A DNA stretch of 64,000 nt from Acidaminococcus sp. (GCF_050873445.1 NZ_JBNMIU010000004.1:2092-66091), one strand, 5' to 3'; numbered from the stretch's first letter, positions 1 through 8,963 are shown. A program made the numbers and translations. The notes: a model not told the origin generated them from the letters alone.

Positions 1-45
1 ACTACAGCAACAGCTGCTGAACCGGAAGCGTCGACACAGGCGTAA
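1..45 (+). CDS. 3' end of an unidentified CDS (partial, runs off the window)
   Basis: Frame 1 is open from base 1 to TAA at 43-45 and is followed by an intrinsic terminator. Too short to name. Confidence 0.3.
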   Translation, partial: TTATAAEPEASTQA

Positions 46-64
46 GATTCAATCAGAAACAATA

Positions 65-97
65 GGGGAGGTGTGGAAATCCGCACCTCCTTTTTGA
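65..97 (+). terminator. Rho-independent terminator
   Basis: Stem GGAGGTGTGG (67-76) pairs with CCGCACCTCC (81-90), loop AAAT, followed by TTTTT. Confidence 0.8.
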
Positions 98-112
98 TTT
101 TTTGTCTTTTTA

Positions 113-121
113 TGGTATAAT
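113..121 (+). promoter_or_regulatory. Extended -10 promoter candidate (TGgTATAAT)
   Basis: TGG + TATAAT at 113-121, just after the upstream terminator. This places the TSS downstream of the TTG at 102 used by the ORF track. Confidence 0.35.
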
Positions 122-158
122 GGATATCCTACATAGCTATACATTTTTGGAAAATAGG

Positions 159-1763
159 ATGAGAATGATGGAAACACGCACAAAACCCTGGAAGCAGGGA
201 AAAAGCATATTTGGTTATATCAAGAGCAACCTGGACGCTGATGGTTTTTTTACCAAGGAGACCCTGGAGGATCGGGCTATCGTAGTTGGAGATAATGAAG
301 CCCTGCTGGAGCCAGGGGCAGCCGATGCGTTCCTGGCCAGCAACAGTCAGGCGGAAGAAGCGGCCGGTTCGGTGGGTACCCAGATCTACCAGGTGCTGCA
401 GGCCTATGCAGAAGACCCTACCCCGGAAAACGCCACCATGCTGTACATGGGGATTTCCTCCACGCCCTGCATTCTGTACTATGAGAGCCTGGTGGATCAG
501 CTTTCTGAAGAGCGGATCCCTCAGCCCTTATGGGAATTGGCCCGGGAATGGCTCTATGAAGCTTCCAGCCGGGAAACAGTGAAACTGGCTGTTGTAATCT
601 GTGGGTTGTATATGCTGAACGAGCAGGATCTGGTGGTGAACTGGCAGCTGAAAAAAGACCTGCTGGTGCTGGCCCGCTGCGAGGAATTCACCAGCTTTGT
701 AATCTATGCCCTGGAGTTGTGTCACCAGCTGGCCCAGAAGGATTTGTGGGACATGCTGCAGCATACTATGGGCTGGGGCAAGCTGTGCGCCATGCAGGCT
801 TATGAGTTTGAGACACCGGAAGATCAGGCCTGGCTGGTGGTCCATGGTTGTGATCTGACCATCAATTATCCGGCAGTCTCCCTGCTACTCTTCTCCAAGG
901 TAAACATTCCAGCGCTGCTGGATGAATCCCACCTGGAGCACCCCATGTTCCAGGGTATCAGCCGTCTGCTGCTGAATTATCTGGCCTTCCTGCTGGGTTT
1001 CCAGCAATTAGATATCTCCGAAGAAGAAAAGTTGCCGGTGGTGGACCTGTTCTCCATCATGCAGAAGTTCCTGTGTCATGCCAAAGAGTATCATACCGAT
1101 CTGATGGACGCAGCCGCTCTCATCAATATGGCAGAAGGGCTGCGGACCATGGTGGACGATGAATGCTGGGATTATCTGACCATGAACCAGTGTCACCTTC
1201 TGATCAGCGACCTGGAATCCCTGGTATTTTCCATTGACTGGCTACCTCAGATCAAGGCCAATCTGCTGGAAAAGGATGGCCGGGTGAATCTGATCGTGGC
1301 CCATATGGCCTATGCCCTGGATCTGGATATCCATAAGGAATTATGGGCCCTCCTGAAGAAAGATCCCATGCGGACGGAGCTGTACAGCTTCCTGCTGGAT
1401 ACGGACGACAAGCGCCGGTTCAACCGGGTGATGAAGTTTGCCCGGGAACATGCGGATGAATATCTGACGGAAGAGTATGCCATGGAACCGCTGCTGCAGG
1501 CACTGGCTGATTATCCGGGAGAAGGGGAGGATCTGCTGGAAAAGGCACTGACTTCCATTTACGATTCCTGCCGGGGCACTGCGCTGAGCGTATTAGATTC
1601 CTGGCCGGATAAGAACTGGTCGTCCCAGATGAGGCTGGCTCTGTTAAAAGCACGGGAAATGAGTCAGCATCCCCTGCTGAAACTGCGGGTGGATGTGCTG
1701 TTAAAGAAACGGACGATGGATTTCGCCAGTTTCCTAGATGTGATCCACGAACAGAAACGGTAA
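159..1763 (+). CDS. Hypothetical protein, large, predicted all-helical, no recognisable catalytic motif
   Basis: Long ORF (track 102-1763) with typical codon usage. The start is moved to the first ATG cluster (159/165/168) because 102-158 overlaps the promoter. Start is uncertain. Confidence 0.6.
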   Translation: MRMMETRTKPWKQGKSIFGYIKSNLDADGFFTKETLEDRAIVVGDNEALLEPGAADAFLASNSQAEEAAGSVGTQIYQVLQAYAEDPTPENATMLYMGISSTPCILYYESLVDQLSEERIPQPLWELAREWLYEASSRETVKLAVVICGLYMLNEQDLVVNWQLKKDLLVLARCEEFTSFVIYALELCHQLAQKDLWDMLQHTMGWGKLCAMQAYEFETPEDQAWLVVHGCDLTINYPAVSLLLFSKVNIPALLDESHLEHPMFQGISRLLLNYLAFLLGFQQLDISEEEKLPVVDLFSIMQKFLCHAKEYHTDLMDAAALINMAEGLRTMVDDECWDYLTMNQCHLLISDLESLVFSIDWLPQIKANLLEKDGRVNLIVAHMAYALDLDIHKELWALLKKDPMRTELYSFLLDTDDKRRFNRVMKFAREHADEYLTEEYAMEPLLQALADYPGEGEDLLEKALTSIYDSCRGTALSVLDSWPDKNWSSQMRLALLKAREMSQHPLLKLRVDVLLKKRTMDFASFLDVIHEQKR

Positions 1764-1779
1764 TAAAAAATAACACAAG

Positions 1780-1817
1780 AAAACCGGGATCCCTGGGGGG
1801 AAAATCCCGGTTTTTTG
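1780..1817. terminator. Bidirectional intrinsic terminator between convergent genes
   Basis: CCGGGAT (1784-1790) pairs with ATCCCGG (1804-1810), flanked by an A-run upstream and TTTTTT downstream. Confidence 0.7.
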
Positions 1818-1863
1818 ATTTTGTATCTGATAAGGGGGTGTTCCTGCATGAATCAGGCGGAAT

Positions 1864-3066
1864 TCAAGCCAGCATATTCATGGCAATGGTGACAAACAGA
1901 GCAATCATGATGTCGGAGAAGAATCCGCCTGTAATCGGAACAATCAGGTAGGCCTTCTGGGTAGGCCCGAAGGTCTTGGTCAGCGCATCCATGTTTGCCA
2001 TAGCGTTGGGCGTAGCTCCCATGCCGAATCCGCATTGTCCTGTTACCAGCACCGCTGCGTCGTAGTCCCGGCCGCAGGCATTGAAGGTGACGTAGGTGGT
2101 GAACAGCGCTACGATGATGGTCTGTACCAGCAGGATGACAATCATGGGCAGAGCCAGGCCGACCAGCTGCTGCAGTTTCAAGCTCATCATGGCCAGGATC
2201 AGGAAAAAATTCAGGCTTATATTACCGATGGTGCTGATTTCCTGAATGGGCAGTTCAATATGGCTGGTATCACAGAAATTACGGATGAGGATGCCGCAGA
2301 TCATGGCGCCGCAATAGGTGGCAACTGTAATATGGGCAGCTTTAAAAGCCATGGTGACAAAAATGCCGCCGCCCAGAGCGATGAACAACAGGGCCAGACC
2401 GGAAGTCCCTTTTACAGGATCCAGTACATGGGTCAGAGCAGAGTTTTTTTCCAGTTCTGCTTGGGCTTCCGCATCAACTTTGCTGCTGCTGTGTTCCGTC
2501 AGATGATTTTTCAGAATCAGACGGCGGGCAATGGGGTTGCCGATCAGGTTACCGGCAATCAGTCCGTAGGTTGCAGAAGCAACGGCAACGGTAAAGGCAC
2601 TCTGTACGCCCATATCTTCCAGGAGAGGGCCAAAGGCTCCGCAGTTCCCGTGGCCGCCGGTCAGCGGAATGGAACCTACGCACAGGCCCAGCAGTGGATC
2701 CAGGCCAAAGAATTGGCACATGGCTACGCCGACCACATTCTGGATGCAGATCAGGCTAGCCACACAAATCAGGAAAATTACCAGGGTCTTACCGCCTTTT
2801 TTCACCATGGCGAGACTTGCACCGAAACCAACACTGGTAAAAAATAAGTTCATGAAAACGGACTGCAAGCTGCTGTCCAGGGTTAAGTCCAGCACACCGG
2901 CTTCGTAGAAGCCAAACTGCAGGAGCGCAAAAATCAGGCCGCCGATAACCGGGCTGGGAATACAGTAGGTACGGAAAAACTTGACTTTCTTTTTGAGGAA
3001 TTCGCCCAGGTAGAAAAACAACACTGCCAGAGCCATGGTCAGGTACAGATTCAGAGATAGTTTCAT
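1864..3066 (-). CDS. gltS: Sodium/glutamate symporter (GltS family)
   Basis: 400 aa polytopic membrane protein with a GltS-like N-terminus (MKLSLNLYLTMALAVLFFYLGEFLKKKV...). RBS AAGGAG is 7 nt upstream. Confidence 0.85.
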   Translation of the reverse strand: MKLSLNLYLTMALAVLFFYLGEFLKKKVKFFRTYCIPSPVIGGLIFALLQFGFYEAGVLDLTLDSSLQSVFMNLFFTSVGFGASLAMVKKGGKTLVIFLICVASLICIQNVVGVAMCQFFGLDPLLGLCVGSIPLTGGHGNCGAFGPLLEDMGVQSAFTVAVASATYGLIAGNLIGNPIARRLILKNHLTEHSSSKVDAEAQAELEKNSALTHVLDPVKGTSGLALLFIALGGGIFVTMAFKAAHITVATYCGAMICGILIRNFCDTSHIELPIQEISTIGNISLNFFLILAMMSLKLQQLVGLALPMIVILLVQTIIVALFTTYVTFNACGRDYDAAVLVTGQCGFGMGATPNAMANMDALTKTFGPTQKAYLIVPITGGFFSDIMIALFVTIAMNMLA

Positions 3067-3094
3067 AATGGACTCCTTCTTTTTGGGGAATGTT

Positions 3095-3265
3095 TTATTC
3101 GATGCCGTACACTGCTTTGCCAGTGGTGACGGAAGGTTTTTGGCTGACTTTTGCAGCAGTTTTCTTTTCCACTGCCTTCATCAGCCTGCCGGACAGTTTG
3201 CTCCGGTACATTTCGTCAAAATCCGGTTTGGTGACCCAATCCAGTGCATACTTTTTTGTCATCAT
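3095..3265 (-). CDS. Small basic hypothetical protein (56 aa) immediately upstream of gltS
   Basis: GGAGG at 3272-3276 (minus strand), 6 nt spacer, ATGATG at 3265. The stop is 29 nt before the gltS start. No TM segment and no family recognised. Confidence 0.4.
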   Translation of the reverse strand: MMTKKYALDWVTKPDFDEMYRSKLSGRLMKAVEKKTAAKVSQKPSVTTGKAVYGIE

Positions 3266-3299
3266 CTTCAGCCTCCATTTGCTTTTTTTCTTTGTTTTC

Positions 3300-3329
3300 A
3301 TCATAGCAAAAGAGAAATTAAAAGTACAA
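3300..3329 (-). promoter_or_regulatory. Sigma-70-like promoter candidate for small ORF + gltS
   Basis: Minus strand TTGTAC (3324-3329), 18 nt spacer, TATGAT (3300-3305). Confidence 0.35.
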
Positions 3330-3469
3330 CTGTTAAATAAAGTAAGTAAAACAGGAAATATCCTGTAAATAAAAATATATACAGGGAAAATACGAAATCT
3401 CCTACCGGAAATAACAGTTTCCATTTTTATTTTTATCTTGTTACAATAAAAATAGAAGGAGGTGGCGGT

Positions 3470-4387
3470 ATGGATATACTGCGTTTGGCAAATTTACAAA
3501 TTACGTTATTTCTGCTGATTTTGGCAGGATTGCTGCTGAAAAAGAAGGGAATCCTGGATAAAGAGGGGAAACGCTGCTTGACGGATCTGTGTGTCAATGT
3601 GGTGATTCCCTGCAATATTTTAAAATCCTGTCTGGCACCTTTGGGAAACGATGTGCTGAATACCTGCGGCCGGATCCTTTTGGCGGCATTTTTCATGCAG
3701 GCAGTTTATCTGGTCTTAAATAGATTCCTTTTTAACCGGTATACGGAAGGCAGGAAAAAAGTACTGCAGTACTGTACCATTGCGTCCAACGGAGGCTTTC
3801 TGGGGAACCCGGTGGCAGAAGGGGTATATGGGCCCCTGGGACTTTTGTATGCGTCCGTATTTCTGATTCCCATGCGGATCATTATGTGGTCCGTGGGCAC
3901 ATCGTATTTTGTAGCGAAAAAAGTAGATGGGAAAGCAGCTTTGAAAAAGGTGCTGACCCATCCGTGTCTGGTGGCGATTTATATCGGCATGATCTGCATG
4001 GTGTTCCAACTGCATCTGCCGCGTTTTTTGGAAATGACCGTGACTTACATTGGCAACTGCAACTCCGCTCTTACCATGTTCATTGTGGGTACGATTCTGG
4101 CGGATGTGCCGTTATCCACCATTGTAAACCGGGACAGCGTACTCTACAGTGTGTTCCGGCTGGGATTGTTGCCGCTGATTGCCCTGGTGCTCTGCCATAT
4201 GCTGGGGGGCCTGGACAATGTGGGCACCGGTGTGTCTGTGGTTATGACCGGCATGCCCGCTCCGGCCACTGCAGCGATTTTTGCCGCCCAGTATGACAGT
4301 GATTTTCCTTTTGCGACCCAGTTGGTCATCCTGTCCACCCTGTTATCCATGTTCACCATTCCCGTCTGGTGTTATTTTATCGGCTGA
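3470..4387 (+). CDS. AEC (auxin efflux carrier) family transporter
   Basis: 305 aa with about 10 TM segments and an N-terminus typical of AEC/malate-permease-like proteins. RBS GAAGGAGG lies upstream. Confidence 0.8.
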   Translation: MDILRLANLQITLFLLILAGLLLKKKGILDKEGKRCLTDLCVNVVIPCNILKSCLAPLGNDVLNTCGRILLAAFFMQAVYLVLNRFLFNRYTEGRKKVLQYCTIASNGGFLGNPVAEGVYGPLGLLYASVFLIPMRIIMWSVGTSYFVAKKVDGKAALKKVLTHPCLVAIYIGMICMVFQLHLPRFLEMTVTYIGNCNSALTMFIVGTILADVPLSTIVNRDSVLYSVFRLGLLPLIALVLCHMLGGLDNVGTGVSVVMTGMPAPATAAIFAAQYDSDFPFATQLVILSTLLSMFTIPVWCYFIG

Positions 4388-4448
4388 ATGATTGAGTGAG
4401 CTGACAGGCCAGTCCTGATAAAGGAACAAAGCATCCATGAAACGAAAA

Positions 4449-4490
4449 AGAGAAGTTGTGAAAGAATCATTCGCAACTCCTCTTTTTTTG
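4449..4490. terminator. Bidirectional intrinsic terminator (hairpin part of repeat copy A)
   Basis: AGAGAAGTTG pairs with CAACTCCTCT, loop TGAAAGAATCATTCG. A5 lies upstream and T7 downstream. Confidence 0.7.
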
Positions 4491-4540
4491 CCAGTATCAG
4501 CTGGACTCCATTGGACAGTGACTGGTGACGGGGTGTGGGA
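4491..4540 (-). repeat. Conserved tail of intergenic repeat, copy A (3' UTR of hutD)
   Basis: GCCAGTATCAGCTGGACTCCATTGGACAGTGACTGGTGACGGGGTGTGG matches 34 of 44 aligned positions of 47153-47196. Confidence 0.5.
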
Positions 4541-4563
4541 AATTCTATTTGCACCCCTATTTT

Positions 4564-5127
4564 TCAGCAGACTGTGGTATAAATGACTTCACATCTTGGC
4601 GGCAGCAGCAGACCTGATGGTTTTGATCCGGTGATTACATACAGGGTATCGGCTTTCAGCGGGTGGCCTTCCAGGGCGGCGCCCAGCAGCTGTTCGTCTG
4701 TCAGGAAGGGGACGAACACGAAACGGTGGGCAGCCGGAGCCAGGAACTGGCTTTTTGCCAGCCGGGCATAGGTAGCGGTGAGGCCCTTCCGGGTCATCAC
4801 GTTGAAATCCACAGCTTTTCCTTCGGAATGGGTGTGCCAGGCACCGTCAAAATATGCTTCTTCCAGAGGTCTAAGGGGTATCTGGCGATTCCCATCTTCT
4901 GGAAAGGTCAGGGTAAAACCGCCCTCCAGGGGGCAGATGATCCGGTTGAAATCCGGCAGCAGGGTGAAATCTGAGGCATCCAGATCCACCGTGGCAGAAC
5001 TGATCCGGATCTGGAAATCCCGTTTGGCATAAGCAGCACTTCTGGGAAAAATATAGAATTCAGTCGTAGTTCCTCCAGACCAGCGGGTGGTCACGGCCTG
5101 GGAACGGGGAATGGCCTGGATGGTCAT
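4564..5127 (-). CDS. hutD: HutD/Ves family protein
   Basis: 187 aa with the HutD-like N-terminal signature (TTRWSGGTTTEFYIFP). Sits beside hut genes. RBS GGAGGT is 9 nt upstream. Confidence 0.7.
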   Translation of the reverse strand: MTIQAIPRSQAVTTRWSGGTTTEFYIFPRSAAYAKRDFQIRISSATVDLDASDFTLLPDFNRIICPLEGGFTLTFPEDGNRQIPLRPLEEAYFDGAWHTHSEGKAVDFNVMTRKGLTATYARLAKSQFLAPAAHRFVFVPFLTDEQLLGAALEGHPLKADTLYVITGSKPSGLLLPPRCEVIYTTVC

Positions 5128-5335
5128 AGGGCAGCACCTCCATCTGTGTTTGTACGCTTTCTTTCAGTATAGTAAAAAAACTTACGTCCATAAAGTGTCA
5201 AAAAATAAAAATATCGAAAAAAATTGATTTCAGACGTTTTTTAGGCGAAGAAATCATAATATAATAGCAGATAGGGCAAGGAATTGCCTTTCAGCTAAAC
5301 CAGTTAACGATAATAGGACTATGGAGGTGCCCATT

Positions 5336-6241
5336 ATGGCGAAAAAGTTGGTTGAATTTGTACCGAATTTCAGTGAAGGCCGGGATAAGGAAAAGGTTGA
5401 AAAAATCGTTGACGAAGCCCGCAAAATCAAAGGCCTGAAAATCCTGGATTACTCCAGCGATCCGGATCATAACCGTTCGGTGGTTACCATCATCGGTTCT
5501 CCTGAAGCGGTGACGGAAGCTGCCATCAACATGGCCAGGGTAGCCATCCAGCTGATCGACATGCGGACTCATCATGGTGCCCATCCCCGTTTCGGAGCTG
5601 TGGATGTGGTTCCCTTTACGCCTGTCATGGGCGTGACCATGGATGAATGTGTTGCCATTGCCAATGCTGTAGGCAAGGCTTATGGCGAAATGGGCATCCC
5701 CGTTTATCTGTATGAAGACGCCTGCACCAGGGAAGCCCGTCGGAACCTGGCTTCTGTCCGCAAGGGGCAGTATGAGGGCTTCTTTGAAAAAATCAAGGAT
5801 CCGGAATGGAAACCGGATTATGGCCCGGCTGTCATGAATGAAAAATCCGGTTGTTCTGCAGTGGGGGCCCGTGTACCATTGGTTGCCTTCAACGTGAACC
5901 TGGACTGCAGCGACAAGGCTGTGGCAGATGCCATCGCCCGCAAGGTCCGGAACATCGGCGGCGGTCTGCACTATGTAAAGGCCATGGGTGTAAAACTGGA
6001 AGAACGGAATCAGGTACAGGTTTCCATGAATCTGGTGAACTACGAAAAATCCGCTGTGTACCAGGCTTTCGAAATGATTAAGATGGAAGCCCGCCGGTAT
6101 GGCGTCAACGTAGTGGGCAGTGAAGTCATTGGGACCGTTCCCATGAAGGCACTGCTGATGGCTGCGGAATATTATCTGCAGATCGAAAACTTCAACCTGG
6201 ACGAAATCCTGGAAAAACGTCTGCTGGAACTGGAAGAATAA
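5336..6241 (+). CDS. ftcD: Glutamate formimidoyltransferase (FtcD N-terminal-type)
   Basis: MAKKLVEFVPNFSEGRD... is the canonical formiminotransferase N-terminus. GGAGG is 8 nt before the ATG at 5336. Confidence 0.85.
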   Translation: MAKKLVEFVPNFSEGRDKEKVEKIVDEARKIKGLKILDYSSDPDHNRSVVTIIGSPEAVTEAAINMARVAIQLIDMRTHHGAHPRFGAVDVVPFTPVMGVTMDECVAIANAVGKAYGEMGIPVYLYEDACTREARRNLASVRKGQYEGFFEKIKDPEWKPDYGPAVMNEKSGCSAVGARVPLVAFNVNLDCSDKAVADAIARKVRNIGGGLHYVKAMGVKLEERNQVQVSMNLVNYEKSAVYQAFEMIKMEARRYGVNVVGSEVIGTVPMKALLMAAEYYLQIENFNLDEILEKRLLELEE

Positions 6242-6271
6242 TTCCTTACCCAGAGAGAAGGAGGGACTTTG

Positions 6272-7948
6272 ATGCTGAGTGACATCGAGATTGCGCAAAA
6301 GAACGTCATGGAACCCATCAGCAAAATCGCTGACAATCTGGGAATCCTGCCGGAAGAACTGGAACAATATGGCCATTACAAGGCCAAACTTTCTCTGGAT
6401 GTACTGAAACGTCTGGAAAATAAACCCAACGGGAAATTGGTCCTGGTGACTGCCATCACCCCTACTCCTGCCGGGGAGGGAAAATCCACTACCAGCATTG
6501 GCCTGGCTGATGCTCTGCGGAAAATCGGCAAACACCCTGTGGTTGCCCTGCGTGAACCGTCCCTGGGTCCCGTATTCGGCATCAAGGGCGGTGCTGCCGG
6601 CGGCGGCTATGCCCAGGTGGTACCCATGGATGATATCAACCTGCATTTCACCGGTGATATGCATGCCATTACTGCCGTGAACAACCTGCTGGCCGCTATG
6701 ATCGACAACCACATCCATCATGGCAACCAGCTGCGGATCGATGCCCGTCAGATTACCTGGCGCCGGGTACTGGATATGAATGACCGCGCCCTGCGGAAAG
6801 TAGTGGTGGGGCTGGGCGGAAAAGTGAACGGCTTCCCCCGGGAAGATGCCTTTACCATTACCGTGGCCTCTGAAATCATGGCCATCCTGTGCCTGGCCAA
6901 AGATCTGGAAGATCTGAAAGCGCGGTTCGGCCGGATCGTCATCGGCAGCGATCTGGATGGAAATCCGGTGTACGTGCACCAGCTGGGCTGCGAGGGCGCC
7001 ATGGCCATGCTGATGAAGGATGCCATCAAACCGAATCTGGTCCAGACCCTGGAATACACTCCGGCCATCATCCACGGCGGTCCTTTTGCCAATATCGCCC
7101 ACGGCTGCAACTCCATTCTGGCCACCAAGATGGCTTTGAAACTGGGGGATGTGGCCATTACGGAAGCCGGTTTCGGTGCTGACCTTGGGGCCGAAAAATT
7201 CATCGACATCAAATGCCACTATGCCGGACTGTATCCGGATGCGGTGGTCGTGGTAGCTACCATCCGTGCCTTGAAGATGCACGGCGGCGTAGCCAAGGCC
7301 GATTTGGGCAAGGAAAATGTCCAGGCTCTCAGCGACGGATTCAGCAATCTGGCCAAACAGGTGGAAAATATGCGGAGCTTCGGGCTGCCGGTCCTGGTGG
7401 CCATCAATAAGTTTGCTACGGATACGCCGGCAGAAATCGATATGCTGCTGCAGAAATGCGCCAGCTACGGCGTGGAAGTGACCTTGAACGAAAGCTGGGA
7501 AAAGGGCGGTGAAGGCGGTCTGGATATGGCCCGCAAACTGGCCAAAATCCTGGATGAACAGGGACAGGCTCCCCAAAAGGTAGAACTGTATGATGTGAAT
7601 GATACCATCCCCAACAAGCTGAAAGCCATTGTGACCAAAATCTATGGCGGCGATGGTGTGACCTTCACTCCCAATGCCAGGAAGCAAATCAAACAGCTGG
7701 AAGAATGGGGCCTGGATAAGCTGCCGGTATGCGTAGCCAAGACCCAATATTCGCTCAGCGACAACCCGGCTCTCCTGGGTGCTCCCAGCGGGTTCAAGAT
7801 CAATGTACAGGATGTCCGGGTTTCCAATGGTGCCGGTTTCATCGTTTGTCAGACCAGTAACATCATGGTGATGCCCGGTCTGCCCAAACATCCGGCGGCT
7901 CTGAACATGGACATCGACAACAACGGCAAGATCACTGGTTTGTTCTGA
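6272..7948 (+). CDS. fhs: Formate--tetrahydrofolate ligase
   Basis: 558 aa with the [12 protein letters not shown]-loop motif and a typical Fhs C-terminus. GGAGGG is 7 nt before the ATG at 6272. Confidence 0.95.
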   Translation: MLSDIEIAQKNVMEPISKIADNLGILPEELEQYGHYKAKLSLDVLKRLENKPNGKLVLVTAITPTPAGEGKSTTSIGLADALRKIGKHPVVALREPSLGPVFGIKGGAAGGGYAQVVPMDDINLHFTGDMHAITAVNNLLAAMIDNHIHHGNQLRIDARQITWRRVLDMNDRALRKVVVGLGGKVNGFPREDAFTITVASEIMAILCLAKDLEDLKARFGRIVIGSDLDGNPVYVHQLGCEGAMAMLMKDAIKPNLVQTLEYTPAIIHGGPFANIAHGCNSILATKMALKLGDVAITEAGFGADLGAEKFIDIKCHYAGLYPDAVVVVATIRALKMHGGVAKADLGKENVQALSDGFSNLAKQVENMRSFGLPVLVAINKFATDTPAEIDMLLQKCASYGVEVTLNESWEKGGEGGLDMARKLAKILDEQGQAPQKVELYDVNDTIPNKLKAIVTKIYGGDGVTFTPNARKQIKQLEEWGLDKLPVCVAKTQYSLSDNPALLGAPSGFKINVQDVRVSNGAGFIVCQTSNIMVMPGLPKHPAALNMDIDNNGKITGLF

Positions 7949-7967
7949 TACAGGAGGGATACTCCCC

Positions 7968-8588
7968 ATGGAATTGAAGAAACTCACGGTAGAAGGTTTT
8001 ATCAATGAAACAGCGTCTTCCTCTCCGGCACCTGGGGGCGGCAGCATCGCTGCCCTGAATGCGGCCTCTTCCGCAGCTCTGATCGCCATGGTGGCCCAGC
8101 TGACCCTGGGCAAGGAAAAATATGCTGATTCTCAGGAAGAAATGCAGGAAGTGGTCCGGAAGGCCGGTGCCATGAAAGATCAGTTCCTGGCTTTCATCGA
8201 TGAGGACAGCAATGCTTTCAACAAAATCATGGCTGCCTTTAAGCTGCCCAAGGATACGGACGAAGCCAAGAAGGCCCGCAGCGCAGCCATTCAGGATGCC
8301 ACTAAGGGTGCAGCTCTGGTTCCCTTCAAGGTAGGTCAGACAGCCAATGAGCTGTTTGACCTGGCCGAGGCAGTGATCCTGCGGGGCAACCCCAATGCGG
8401 TGACAGATGGGGCTGTAGCTGCCATGAACGCCCGGGCCGCTGTACGGGGAGCGTTCCTGAATGTGAAAATCAATCTGGGCAGCATCAAAGATGTCCTGTT
8501 TGTGGAAGAGCTGAAGAAACGGATGGCTGAAATCGAAGCCGATGTGGACTCCAGAGAACAGGCCCTGCTGGCCAAGGTGAAGCTGTAA
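7968..8588 (+). CDS. Cyclodeaminase/cyclohydrolase family protein (formimidoyl-THF cyclodeaminase-like, FTCD_C)
   Basis: 206 aa helical protein with SSPAPGGGSIAALNAA..., typical of the FTCD C-terminal / FchA family. Confidence 0.75.
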   Translation: MELKKLTVEGFINETASSSPAPGGGSIAALNAASSAALIAMVAQLTLGKEKYADSQEEMQEVVRKAGAMKDQFLAFIDEDSNAFNKIMAAFKLPKDTDEAKKARSAAIQDATKGAALVPFKVGQTANELFDLAEAVILRGNPNAVTDGAVAAMNARAAVRGAFLNVKINLGSIKDVLFVEELKKRMAEIEADVDSREQALLAKVKL

Positions 8589-8594
8589 TTGTAG

Positions 8595-8635
8595 AAAAAA
8601 TCGGGACTGCTGAAAGAGCGGCCCCGATTTTTTTG
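8595..8635 (+). terminator. Rho-independent terminator after the ftcD-fhs-cyclodeaminase unit
   Basis: AAAAAATCGGG ... CCCGATTTTTTT. Confidence 0.8.
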
Positions 8636-8660
8636 GATGAAATGGAATTTGATGGAAAGC

Positions 8661-8689
8661 TTTACTCCTTTTCTCTACTGTGCTAAAAT
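8661..8689 (+). promoter_or_regulatory. Promoter candidate (TTTACT-17-TGcTAAAAT)
   Basis: -35-like TTTACT at 8661-8666, 17 nt spacer ending in TGC, -10 TAAAAT at 8684-8689. Confidence 0.35.
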
Positions 8690-8714
8690 ACTATATCTGT
8701 TGGACAACCTGCGA

Positions 8715-8743
8715 AAGGGTGTTGCTCATGCAACACCCTTTTT
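8715..8743 (+). terminator. Intrinsic terminator about 20-45 nt downstream of the 8661-8689 promoter
   Basis: AAGGGTGTTGC (8715-8725), loop TCAT, GCAACACCCTT (8730-8740), then TTTTT. Confidence 0.6.
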
Positions 8744-8963
8744 GAGTCCATAGAACGTCCTTGCTTTAGTGCAATACTTTAATAAAAAACATCAAAGTAT
8801 ACAGTATACAGAAAAAAGAAAATTCAAAATTAAATTCAAAAACACGCATCTATTTGACTTTTTTCTGACAGTTACCCGGTACAATGATAGCGTAAAAAGG
8901 ATATGGACGATGCAGGCGTCCCCATCTACGGAAAAGTAAATCAAGAAAAGGAGTGATCAACGT

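Noticed and set aside
102-158. TTG start at 102 for the first large ORF.
   Set aside because: It lies 5 nt after the upstream terminator's T-run and upstream of the TGgTATAAT -10 element, so it is probably not transcribed with the gene.
5291-8113. Very long antisense ORFs opposite almost every real gene. Examples: 5291-8113 (940 aa), 8973-10277, 10461-12161, 12146-14359, 17031-19544, 24631-26472, 28851-30851, 34025-36118, 35953-37935, 38290-39813, 41829-43559, 44339-45895, 45841-47130, 48869-51382.
   Set aside because: They mirror well-supported genes codon for codon. They lack Shine-Dalgarno sequences, and their translations are compositionally odd (rich in H, Q, G, D, F, P, with no recognisable domains). 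They are the expected by-product of strong codon bias in a GC-rich genome: the sense strand avoids TTA, CTA and TCA codons, which leaves the antisense frame open. I do not consider them genes.
8715-8743. HutP-type antitermination at the leader terminator.
   Set aside because: I could not find the spaced UAG triplet repeats that HutP recognises in Bacillus, and no hutP-like gene is in the window.
8637-8753. 38-aa ORF (MKWNLMESFTPF...) in the cyclodeaminase-permease gap.
   Set aside because: It has no Shine-Dalgarno sequence, starts within the T-run of a terminator, and runs across a promoter and a second terminator.
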